In this document: piece after piece, positions 43,450 through 50,549 of the stretch
Layout: each line of letters starts with the position of its first letter
Position numbering within the stretch: position 1 is the first letter of the stretch
IMG/VR virus record: IMGVR_UViG_3300037827_000133
Location: 1-57,795 of that record
Origin: a virus
DNA length: 57,795 nucleotides
Reading direction: 5' to 3' (one strand)
Notes under the pieces: model-generated
What the model was told of the DNA's origin: nothing
Seen by the model: only the letters and a program-made list of their open reading frames with translations
Database searches by the model: none
Translations under genes and position numbers: made by a program

Positions 43450-44505
43450 ATGTCAGCAACCACACTTGCGAAACACAGAGCTATCCTTGAGATCCTAGCC
43501 AACCGTCCCGACCTTGAACGCAAGTACTACCAGTTCCGCAACTGCCTCCACCACATCTCCTACTACATTTCCCTGCTGTACTCACGCAACCAAGACACTC
43601 AGACCTTGCACCTCCGCTGCCCGCTGAAGCACCGCTGCCCCAAGTGTATGGATGTTGAGAACATCAAGGCCGCCCGCAAGCTAGACTTCCGCACGATCCT
43701 CAAGGCAGCGCAGTCCCTTGGCGCCGGCGAGCGTGGCGAGGGTAGCCGAGTATGGTGGCTACGATGGGAGTCCTCTCGGCGCCGAGACGGGAAAACACTC
43801 TCCAAGGCCCTATCTCGTGCTGATAAGCGATATCGGCCGCTCATGTCCGGCGCCTGGGGAGGAGAATTAGTACGTACTTTTAGGGCCATTACAGAGAGTA
43901 ATGGCCCTAAAGGTGGCACATCGTTTGTTTTCAACAGTTTAGTTTTGGGGGCACCAGATGCCGAATTAGACGAGGATGGGCTCAATAAACGCTTGCCGAA
44001 TCTCCTCATCCGGCGATTCCACGGCCATCTAGAGCTAGGTTGGATCACCTACCTGCAAAGTTGGTCTAATACACAACTCACTCATTCTACGCCAGATGCA
44101 ATCGTAGAGTGGATGACATCCAAGAGTAGGATGTTTGAGTCCCTCGGCGCGCTCCGCGGAGTCCGGTCCCAGGAGACCACCGAGTACACGACGAAGTTAC
44201 ACTCGGTCATGGGCAAGGCAGCACAGCTCGGGTTCTTCGATCGCTTGTCCCTTGCGGAGGAGGTTCTGGCCCGCATCGAATACAATCTTCCTCTAGTGGC
44301 ATCTAACCTACTGGATCGCGTGTTATCGGATTCCGACCTGCGGAGGATCATGTCTATGGTTAAACCACAAGTTAGAACTGCCCTCAATCCACCCATGGAG
44401 GAACTAGCCAAGGAGTTGGCGGCGCTCAAGGAGCGGGTGGAGGCGATTGAGCGCGTAATTGGACCTAGCCAACCTCAGGATGATGCGCCTAAGTGGGAGA
44501 TGTGA
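43450..44505 (+). CDS. Hypothetical 351-aa protein with N-terminal CxxxxxCxxC motif (weak resemblance to the Rep_1-type initiator Zn motif)
   Basis: LRCPLKHRCPKC. The only rightward gene between two leftward arms. GGAG RBS. Confidence 0.55.
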   Translation: MSATTLAKHRAILEILANRPDLERKYYQFRNCLHHISYYISLLYSRNQDTQTLHLRCPLKHRCPKCMDVENIKAARKLDFRTILKAAQSLGAGERGEGSRVWWLRWESSRRRDGKTLSKALSRADKRYRPLMSGAWGGELVRTFRAITESNGPKGGTSFVFNSLVLGAPDAELDEDGLNKRLPNLLIRRFHGHLELGWITYLQSWSNTQLTHSTPDAIVEWMTSKSRMFESLGALRGVRSQETTEYTTKLHSVMGKAAQLGFFDRLSLAEEVLARIEYNLPLVASNLLDRVLSDSDLRRIMSMVKPQVRTALNPPMEELAKELAALKERVEAIERVIGPSQPQDDAPKWEM

Positions 44506-44642
44506 TGAGCGTCTAGTTCCCGGCACAGTTGCTCTACCAGCTTGGCCAGCTTACCCGAATCCCGCTCCTGCTCCACCAGCTTGGCGGTCAGCATCCAGGC
44601 TGGGGGTAGTGGTTTAGACGTTTCAGTGGCGTTTGTGTTCAT
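44475..44642 (-). CDS. Hypothetical protein, 55 aa
   Basis: GAGGAG RBS before ATG 44642. 3' end overlaps the gene 43450-44505 by 31 nt (convergent). Confidence 0.4.
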   Translation of the reverse strand: MNTNATETSKPLPPAWMLTAKLVEQERDSGKLAKLVEQLCRELDAHHISHLGASS

Positions 44643-44643
44643 T

Positions 44644-44793
44644 TCAATTCTCCTCTGGCTTGCTCTTCAGAATTACCGCTTCCTCAATCTTGGCTAGTTG
44701 ATTTCCCTTGCCGCAATACGGGCAGTCAATCATCATTTCAATGCTCTTGTCAGGTAGCTTGCTGAGAAACTTGATTGCTTGTTTGACCGTCAT
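44644..44793 (-). CDS. Small protein, 49 aa (CPYCG motif)
   Basis: ATGA overlap with the upstream gene. Confidence 0.4.
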   Translation of the reverse strand: MTVKQAIKFLSKLPDKSIEMMIDCPYCGKGNQLAKIEEAVILKSKPEEN

Positions 44794-45140
44794 TTCCCAC
44801 CCCACGCCTTCTCACACGCCTCCACCACAACCGCAATGAACCCCGCCCAGAATGCCGCGCAGAGCAGGGCGGTAGTGAGCATGTGCCAGTTGAGTTTCAT
44901 CCTCGCCCTCTGTTCAGTAGGCTCTGGATCATGTTCGTTACAAGCGGCTGTAATCCCGATAGTGCCATCTCCAATGAATTCAGCTCCAGAGAAGGCTCGC
45001 AATAGACTTGTGAACTCTTCCCCACGACGCACGTAAAAGTCGCCACACTTGGCAAACGTCATATTCTGTTGTTTGGCACAGAACAGACCACAGTGTACGT
45101 GGCCACCACCTAAGCTAAACTTTATTCGCCATACTGCCAT
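44790..45140 (-). CDS. Hypothetical protein with C-terminal TM helix, 116 aa
   Basis: Track ORF. GGAG RBS. LTTALLCAAFWAGFIAVVV. Confidence 0.5.
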   Translation of the reverse strand: MAVWRIKFSLGGGHVHCGLFCAKQQNMTFAKCGDFYVRRGEEFTSLLRAFSGAEFIGDGTIGITAACNEHDPEPTEQRARMKLNWHMLTTALLCAAFWAGFIAVVVEACEKAWGGK

Positions 45141-45219
45141 TGTGAGTCTCCATTCTCAGATTGAGTAACCGCCCACGCTAGCACTCCACGTGGGAGTGCC
45201 AGCGTCGGGGGTTACAATT

Positions 45220-45262
45220 CTCGAGGTGCTGCGGAGGTGCGAGCAACGCTAGACACCTCGAG
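45220..45262. promoter_or_regulatory. Inverted pair of the CTCGAGGTG motif (45220-45228 and 45254-45262)
   Basis: ctcgaggtg-N25-cacctcgag in the 175-bp gap upstream of gene 44790-45140. Confidence 0.5.
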
Positions 45263-45264
45263 AT

Positions 45265-45289
45265 TTTGTGGGTCAGTCACACCCACAAA
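45265..45289. other. Perfect 9-bp hairpin (tttgtgggt / acccacaaa, loop cagtcac)
   Basis: 26 nt downstream of the stop at 45315 on the minus strand. No U-tract, so terminator status unclear. Confidence 0.35.
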
Positions 45290-45314
45290 CTTTAATGGTT
45301 CGGCGCGATAGATT

Positions 45315-45455
45315 TTACTTCCCGTCCCCAAACTCTCCCAATTCCTTGCGACACTTCGCGCATAGCGCGATAATCCATAGCTTGGCCTTTTGCATACGCT
45401 TGCCACAAATGCGGCAATAGCTGGTACGGATCCTAGATTGGCTTGTCCTAGTCAT
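45315..45455 (-). CDS. Small Zn-ribbon protein, 46 aa (CRIC..(11)..CAKC)
   Basis: ATGA overlap with the stop of gene 45452-46150. Replaces track ORF 45212-45406. Confidence 0.45.
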   Translation of the reverse strand: MTRTSQSRIRTSYCRICGKRMQKAKLWIIALCAKCRKELGEFGDGK

Positions 45456-46150
45456 ATGCCTGCTATCTGTACGAATCCGCTTGTTGAATCCTTCCGCGCG
45501 CGTCCCTTAGCCCGCAGTCCGATTACCAGTCCCATGCGATGCGCATCCAAGAATCTAAGATCCGATACATCGCCGTCGACTACAGGGAATCCCTGCCACG
45601 AATCCGGTAGTACATGGCCACGTTTCACATTGAACACTGCAGCAATATTCATCCCACGTTGCAGCACCTCGATTGCATGCGTCGCATTATTCTCAGCCAA
45701 GCTAAACGTCAGATGGTAGTTACTCGAGGTGCGGGCCCATGGCCTAGGTATCTTCGTGTAATCGTAAAACTGTACTCGAGGGAATTCGGCCGCCATGGCC
45801 TTTGCGAGCCATGGCAGGTCGCTTGTCCCGTTGACACGTACCGCGGGAATCAATCTTTGGCGCTTGGCACTTGAGACTAGCGATTTGATATCCTTGCGCA
45901 ATTGGCGCATGAATCCTTGCCGATCGCGTGCCAGCCATACCGTCTTACGAATCCTCGCCGCAATGATGGCAGGGAAGATACCCGCGCGGCCTGCAGTGTA
46001 CAGGCAATCGCGCTTGCATCCTTCCGTGGCCATTGGGCAAACGTTCAATACTCCACTTTCGTCCGATGGCGCTAGGTAGAGTATTCCAGTGAGATACCCT
46101 AGCTTCTCTCCCTTTACCGTCTTAGCATTCTCTACCGTAAGTAGCCTCAT
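45452..46150 (-). CDS. Conserved phage protein (GP88-like pattern: MRLLT.EN.K..KGEKLGYLTGILYLAP..ESG.NVCP.AT.GC...CLY..GR)
   Basis: Start at ATG 46150 with GAGGTG RBS. Family name recalled, not verified. Confidence 0.5.
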   Translation of the reverse strand: MRLLTVENAKTVKGEKLGYLTGILYLAPSDESGVLNVCPMATEGCKRDCLYTAGRAGIFPAIIAARIRKTVWLARDRQGFMRQLRKDIKSLVSSAKRQRLIPAVRVNGTSDLPWLAKAMAAEFPRVQFYDYTKIPRPWARTSSNYHLTFSLAENNATHAIEVLQRGMNIAAVFNVKRGHVLPDSWQGFPVVDGDVSDLRFLDAHRMGLVIGLRAKGRARKDSTSGFVQIAGI

Positions 46151-46166
46151 TGTTCGCACCTCATCG

Positions 46167-46175
46167 CACCTCGAG
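46167..46175 (-). promoter_or_regulatory. CTCGAGGTG motif copy, 16 nt upstream of ATG 46150
   Basis: Plus strand reads cacctcgag. Confidence 0.45.
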
Positions 46176-46214
46176 TAATTCAATAACGGGCCCGTCGACG
46201 CGGGCGGTTTGCGG

Positions 46215-46472
46215 TTAACTGCCTGAAATATTCTTGCTGCATTGCCCGCAGAATGTAAGATCATCATCGCCCGCATCCTCGATTACCCCGAAGGATATAG
46301 GCTTAAAATGCTGTACCTCGTCGGGGTCATCTGCGCTCTTGGTTGCGCAGTCGGCGCAGAGTACGGAATTTTCCGAGTCAAGGTAGTAGATTGGATAACC
46401 GCCAGGGAAAGCGTATGCGGGAAGCTTGCCCGTATCGTTCATTCGTTCCGGTAGCGTGCGAGTGTAAGCCAT
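46215..46472 (-). CDS. Small protein, 85 aa, with two CxxC pairs
   Basis: AGGAGGA RBS before ATG 46472. LCADCA...CGQC. Confidence 0.5.
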   Translation of the reverse strand: MAYTRTLPERMNDTGKLPAYAFPGGYPIYYLDSENSVLCADCATKSADDPDEVQHFKPISFGVIEDAGDDDLTFCGQCSKNISGS

Positions 46473-46545
46473 ATATCCTCCTGATTTGTGTACGTTAACC
46501 GTACAATAGGACACTCGCCCGTGAGCGAGGGGGCCCTATACTCAA

Positions 46546-47001
46546 TTACTTGATTGCTTCATGTCCCGTGCATCGCATGTTATTGGCAATGCAACGATAT
46601 CCCATGAACCATTGCAAAACGTCGACAAACGACTGTATACCTTGCTCTTCCAACAGACTCCAGACGTACCAGTGATTAGGAGTCGACGTCGACGCACCGT
46701 ATAGATTGTCCGGACTGCAATGCCGATACATGATCCCTAGCCCACTCGAGATACCGTCAGCATTGAAGCTAAGGTAGAATCCGCCTATCCTGCCATCCGT
46801 AACTCGCAATGTGACGTCCCCTGATACCGCAATGCCACCGGCATTGAAATGCACCTCCGCATGCGCATGGCTCATGCCTAGTTGCTTGCGCAATTCGCGT
46901 GCAAGCTTTGTCCCTAGTCGACGGAATTCCGCTTTGTTGGATTCGTTGTAGCTGCAGTGTCCCTGTAGGCTGATCAGTCGTTTTAGCTCACTGTGAGTCA
47001 T
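46546..47001 (-). CDS. Hypothetical protein, 151 aa
   Basis: ATG 47001 preceded by the same 16-nt leader tgaggtgcgaacaatg as gene 46150. Confidence 0.5.
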   Translation of the reverse strand: MTHSELKRLISLQGHCSYNESNKAEFRRLGTKLARELRKQLGMSHAHAEVHFNAGGIAVSGDVTLRVTDGRIGGFYLSFNADGISSGLGIMYRHCSPDNLYGASTSTPNHWYVWSLLEEQGIQSFVDVLQWFMGYRCIANNMRCTGHEAIK

Positions 47002-47038
47002 TGTTCGCACCTCAGATGCTAGTAGCATCATTGGCAAG

Positions 47039-47047
47039 CCACCTCGA
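47039..47047 (-). promoter_or_regulatory. CTCGAGGTG motif copy, 37 nt upstream of ATG 47001
   Basis: Plus strand reads cacctcgag. Confidence 0.45.
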
Positions 47048-47067
47048 GTAGCCTGCCAGTGTCGACA

Positions 47068-47277
47068 CTAGCGAACCTTGACCACTATCCCATTCTTCAG
47101 GTCGCAATCGGCATACCACGTATGCGCTTGCGGATAGTGCGGTCCCTCGAGTGCCACGCGTCCATTGCTAGGCTCATTGCCGCCAAACGGACCTGGCTGA
47201 AACACTGTGACCTGTCGACCGGCTGCTACTGCTTCTTTCAGCTGCTTCTTTGACTTGAAATTCACTGATGTATACAT
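47068..47277 (-). CDS. Hypothetical protein, 69 aa (MYTSVNFKSKKQLKEAVAAG...)
   Basis: GAGGTG lies 4 nt before ATG 47277. The track start 47322 lies upstream of the predicted -10 box. Confidence 0.5.
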   Translation of the reverse strand: MYTSVNFKSKKQLKEAVAAGRQVTVFQPGPFGGNEPSNGRVALEGPHYPQAHTWYADCDLKNGIVVKVR

Positions 47278-47310
47278 ATCACACCTCGCTTGAATTGGCT
47301 TACACTCATA

Positions 47311-47340
47311 CTTATATGGCATACCGCGCCATTATGTCAA
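47311..47340 (-). promoter_or_regulatory. Candidate leftward early promoter (TTGACA-N18-TATAAG)
   Basis: -35 at 47335-47340 and -10 at 47311-47316, read on the minus strand. Confidence 0.45.
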
Positions 47341-47368
47341 TAGCTAAATTCGCCTTGCAATCAACTAC

Positions 47369-47392
47369 TTGACAAGGTGCTCACTCGAGGTG
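47369..47392 (+). promoter_or_regulatory. Rightward TTGACA (-35-like) followed by a CTCGAGGTG motif copy (47384-47392), just upstream of the XRE regulator gene
   Basis: No convincing -10 seen. The motif sits where an operator would overlap the promoter. Confidence 0.35.
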
Positions 47393-47404
47393 CAACGTTG
47401 CATC

Positions 47405-47770
47405 ATGCTTTCCGTACTCGAATTGCGCCTGGCACTAGGGCTCACGCAAGCCAAGTTTGCGCGTGAGCTATGCGCGTCTAAGCGTAGCGTTATCTATTGG
47501 GAAGCTGGCATCCATTGCCCTGACGTGGCTCATCGTATGCAGATGCGCGTGCTAGCGCGTCGACGCGGGCTCACGAAACGCTCTAAGGGCCCGCTTACTA
47601 TCCGGTACGATTCTAAAAAGATGCAGATGTATCTTGGCTCGCCATCAGCTGCAGGCCGCCATTGGCGCACTATGTCCCTTGCACAACGTAACTCCTGGTG
47701 GTCTCATCGCACGCGGTATGCGCGTATACGTGCGGACCTCGAGTGCGGCCGCGCCATCGCCGGCGTATAA
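47405..47770 (+). CDS. XRE-family (Cro/CI-type) HTH transcriptional regulator
   Basis: LRLALGLTQAKFARELCASKRSVIYWEAG is a typical HTH_3 pattern. Confidence 0.8.
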   Translation: MLSVLELRLALGLTQAKFARELCASKRSVIYWEAGIHCPDVAHRMQMRVLARRRGLTKRSKGPLTIRYDSKKMQMYLGSPSAAGRHWRTMSLAQRNSWWSHRTRYARIRADLECGRAIAGV

Positions 47771-47911
47771 CCTTACTCGTTACCATCGCTACGTTCCCGT
47801 CCCACGCCGCGATGAACCTTAGCGTCGCCGCGATCCGAGCCCCCGGCCTGAACCGGAGGGTACGGGGCGATGCGGGGGCGTATGGGTCCGTTAATAATAA
47901 ATATATTTTCA

Positions 47912-47919
47912 GTGTACAC
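47912..47919. promoter_or_regulatory. GTGTACAC palindrome inside an AT-rich stretch upstream of the RHH gene (operator/promoter candidate)
   Basis: ttaataataaatatattttcaGTGTACACaGTGTAtcc immediately before ATG 47929. Confidence 0.3.
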
Positions 47920-47928
47920 AGTGTATCC

Positions 47929-48102
47929 ATGTGTGGTATGCTCCCCGTCGTGGCCATTTCCCCTACAGTGTCGTTGCGGATTCCTCGCTGGGTGCTGGAC
48001 GAGGTGCGCAGGATCGCAGTCGAGGAGAGCCGCACGGTGGGCATGGTGATACGGTTAATCCTGGAGCGGGAGTTCCTGGGGAGGAAGAATGGACGCGGGT
48101 AG
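47929..48102 (+). CDS. Ribbon-helix-helix (CopG/Arc-like) DNA-binding protein candidate
   Basis: VSLRIPRWVLDEVRRIAVEESRTVGMVIRLILE fits a beta-strand plus two-helix RHH pattern. Confidence 0.5.
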   Translation: MCGMLPVVAISPTVSLRIPRWVLDEVRRIAVEESRTVGMVIRLILEREFLGRKNGRG

Positions 48103-48202
48103 GCTGATCATCGTCATCATCGCCTCCGTCGCGGCCCTGGCGTGTGGGATGGCGCTCGGGTTCATCCTGTGGCTGGGGAAGGACAACGACGATGGGCCAT
48201 GA
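48089..48202 (+). CDS. Small single-TM protein, 37 aa
   Basis: GGGAGGAAG RBS. LIIVIIASVAALACGMALGFILWL. Confidence 0.4.
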   Translation: MDAGRLIIVIIASVAALACGMALGFILWLGKDNDDGP

Positions 48203-48211
48203 AAAGATATA

Positions 48212-48664
48212 TTGGAGGCTCATACACTTGCTAAGGGAACGGAGTCGGCGGTGAACGCACAAAAGACTTACTTAGTTATAATGACGTGTGGGGTTTTGTC
48301 TGTAGGGCTTGCAGCAGCCGGAGCCTTTAGTCACTACCGACGTTCAGTCGTTAGTTACGCACGGCAACGTTTAGTAGAGTCGGAAGCACGTCAAGTGGCT
48401 GCGTGGACTGGGTGTACAGGATATGCCTCAGGGATGCTGCCAATCACTTCTAAAGCAGCTGAATATTATCAAGTAGACGTTCCTGCAATTCAAGTGTCCG
48501 ATGGGCAGAGCTTCGCGGGGCCATGCTTGGATAGAAAAGGGCGCATGATGGACGGCTATTGCGTGATTCCTCGATGGACCTGCGCGGTCAAGACTCGTAT
48601 CTTGCTAACCGCAGAGGACGGCTCTAAGCACTGCGTAAAGTTCTCCACGGAGCCTCCGCAGTGA
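48212..48664 (+). CDS. Membrane-anchored hypothetical protein (start TTG 48212 or GTG 48248)
   Basis: Track ORF. LVIMTCGVLSVGLAAAGAF. Confidence 0.5.
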   Translation: MEAHTLAKGTESAVNAQKTYLVIMTCGVLSVGLAAAGAFSHYRRSVVSYARQRLVESEARQVAAWTGCTGYASGMLPITSKAAEYYQVDVPAIQVSDGQSFAGPCLDRKGRMMDGYCVIPRWTCAVKTRILLTAEDGSKHCVKFSTEPPQ

Positions 48665-49188
48665 AATCCCTCTCCGAGTCCCCGGCGATCCTGACCGTTC
48701 ACGCGGGCGCGGCAGGACAATACATTGTGCGCGTCGGCGACCTGCGCTACCGCCCCCTCATTGTGGGCGTCACCAAGCTGCTCCCCGATGCGTCGTCGCT
48801 GGTCGTGATCACGCCGTCGGATATCAAGGTGTATGCGGTCAACGGGGATGGTGCTACGAGACTGGACCGCACGGACGTGGTTGAGGATGACGTATCGCCA
48901 CTGGACCCGGAGACCCTAGCCGCGATCGCCAAGGAAGAGGGACGAGCGATCCCCGGCGACGTCACCGACTCCCCCGACGCTGATATCGTGGGCGAGACCT
49001 CGCAGGGCACCAAGGTCGTGCGCCGCAAGAAGTCTCCGACGCCCGTTGCAGGCCACGACGAACAGTGCCAGCGCTGCGGCGGCGAGGGCCAGATCCAGTT
49101 GCTGATGGATGGTGGGACGCCGGCGGCGACGACGTGTCCGATCTGCAAGGGGAGTGGGACGATGAGGAGATACGGAGCTAAGCGATGA
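48661..49188 (+). CDS. Hypothetical protein with DnaJ-type CxxCxGxG zinc finger
   Basis: CQRCGGEG and CPICKGSG. Confidence 0.55.
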   Translation: MKSLSESPAILTVHAGAAGQYIVRVGDLRYRPLIVGVTKLLPDASSLVVITPSDIKVYAVNGDGATRLDRTDVVEDDVSPLDPETLAAIAKEEGRAIPGDVTDSPDADIVGETSQGTKVVRRKKSPTPVAGHDEQCQRCGGEGQIQLLMDGGTPAATTCPICKGSGTMRRYGAKR

Positions 49189-49382
49189 GAATGAAACCTA
49201 AGTACAAAGCAACATGGGAGGATTTCGCTGATCTGGTTATGCGCCCAACGCCGATGTTCAAGTTTCTTACCAGCATGTCGGGACACTGTCGCGTGTGGGG
49301 GTGCCACAAGTTTGCAGGTAAGCATCCACTGTGTCGCAAGCATCAAGGCTCCACTAAGTTTCAGCACTTGGCGCAATCATGA
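49185..49382 (+). CDS. Hypothetical Cys/His-rich protein, 65 aa
   Basis: Track ORF, coupled start. Confidence 0.45.
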   Translation: MRMKPKYKATWEDFADLVMRPTPMFKFLTSMSGHCRVWGCHKFAGKHPLCRKHQGSTKFQHLAQS

Positions 49383-49639
49383 CCAAGAAGATCCTAGAGC
49401 AAGCCGCTGACAACGCTGTCGCGGATCGCCTCAAGCTAGCCGCCGACAAGATCCGCGCCGACCGCAAGGTACCCGACGTCGCTATATGCGACGCCATCGG
49501 TGACTCCGCATGGTTCCGCGAATACTGCGGCATCTGCCTCCAGGCCCCGATCGCCAACTCGTTCCTCGGCTGTATCCTGTTTGGGTGGCAACTGTGTGAG
49601 GAGTACAAACGATCGGCGGAGAAAGTGTATCTCGCATGA
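49379..49639 (+). CDS. Hypothetical protein, 86 aa
   Basis: Track ORF, coupled start. Confidence 0.5.
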   Translation: MTKKILEQAADNAVADRLKLAADKIRADRKVPDVAICDAIGDSAWFREYCGICLQAPIANSFLGCILFGWQLCEEYKRSAEKVYLA

Positions 49640-49929
49640 CCTCGGACAAGATTCCAGAGTGCGCCTGCACTGCTCATCCCCGTGGCGAGGACAAGCGCAA
49701 GTACATGGTGGCCGTCGAAGAGACTCAATTCCATGTCGTATGGTGTTGTAAACGGTGCACGGAAATTACGCATACGGCAGTGATTCAAGTACGCACACTG
49801 GCGAAGGGGAAGGCCCGAGCGCAACACGCGATCGCAGAGCAACGCCGTCAGATGGACCCGCGTCTGCTGCGGATGCTGAATGCTCGGAAACGTGGACGGG
49901 TACGATACAAGGAGGCATCCCATGACTGA
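49636..49929 (+). CDS. Hypothetical Cys-rich protein, 97 aa
   Basis: Track ORF, coupled start. Confidence 0.5.
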   Translation: MTSDKIPECACTAHPRGEDKRKYMVAVEETQFHVVWCCKRCTEITHTAVIQVRTLAKGKARAQHAIAEQRRQMDPRLLRMLNARKRGRVRYKEASHD

Positions 49930-50362
49930 CCTACTGCACGTGACGCCACACGCAGACGAGCAACGATCCCTGGCCGAACTCCGCTCCGAGTTCCGCTCCG
50001 AGGCGCTATCGAACCTCCGCGCCCAGTACGCAGGCCGTCATCCTATCGGGTGGCAGATGATCGGCGACCCCGCGACGGCGCGGGATCACTACTCCGCCGA
50101 GCAGTGGGCCATGGAGCTGGACTGCCATCTCCTAGCGCCGGTCGAGCAGGACTTCGGACTCAGCATCGTGCCGGACTCGGTGAGCGTAAGAATGGAGAAG
50201 GAAGCCATCGCCGCGCTGGAGCATGACTCGGTGACGTGGGCGGACGGCACCGAGGGCGTGGTCGATCACGACGCGCCCGCCTGCTGCGACGTGGGCAGGA
50301 TGACGGACGAGGAGTTGTGTGATTACGTCGATGAAGCCATCAAAGAGAGCGGACGTGAGTAA
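49922..50362 (+). CDS. Hypothetical acidic protein, 146 aa
   Basis: ATG 49922 inside track ORF 49880-50362. Confidence 0.5.
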   Translation: MTDLLHVTPHADEQRSLAELRSEFRSEALSNLRAQYAGRHPIGWQMIGDPATARDHYSAEQWAMELDCHLLAPVEQDFGLSIVPDSVSVRMEKEAIAALEHDSVTWADGTEGVVDHDAPACCDVGRMTDEELCDYVDEAIKESGRE

Positions 50363-50549
50363 GACTCTAAGCATTACCTGCGACATTTGCGGCATGGTGG
50401 TAGAGCCAAGATGGGCGGTAGAGCTAAGTCTGGACTCACCTCGTAATCCTATATCTACTCGCCTAATCGCCCACTGGGACGCCTGCTCGGATTGTGGGAA
50501 GAAGATAATCAGCGCTGTAGTGTCAATGAGGAATTCAGTCAATGGCTAA
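50319..50549 (+). CDS. Small Zn-ribbon protein (CDIC...CSDC); start uncertain (possibly GTG 50355)
   Basis: Track ORF. Confidence 0.45.
   Translation: MITSMKPSKRADVSKTLSITCDICGMVVEPRWAVELSLDSPRNPISTRLIAHWDACSDCGKKIISAVVSMRNSVNG

Noticed and set aside
45212-45406. Track ORF 45212-45406(-), 64 aa
   Set aside because: It spans the hairpins and the CTCGAGGTG inverted pair. A better-supported, translationally coupled Zn-ribbon ORF (45315-45455) occupies another frame of the same region.
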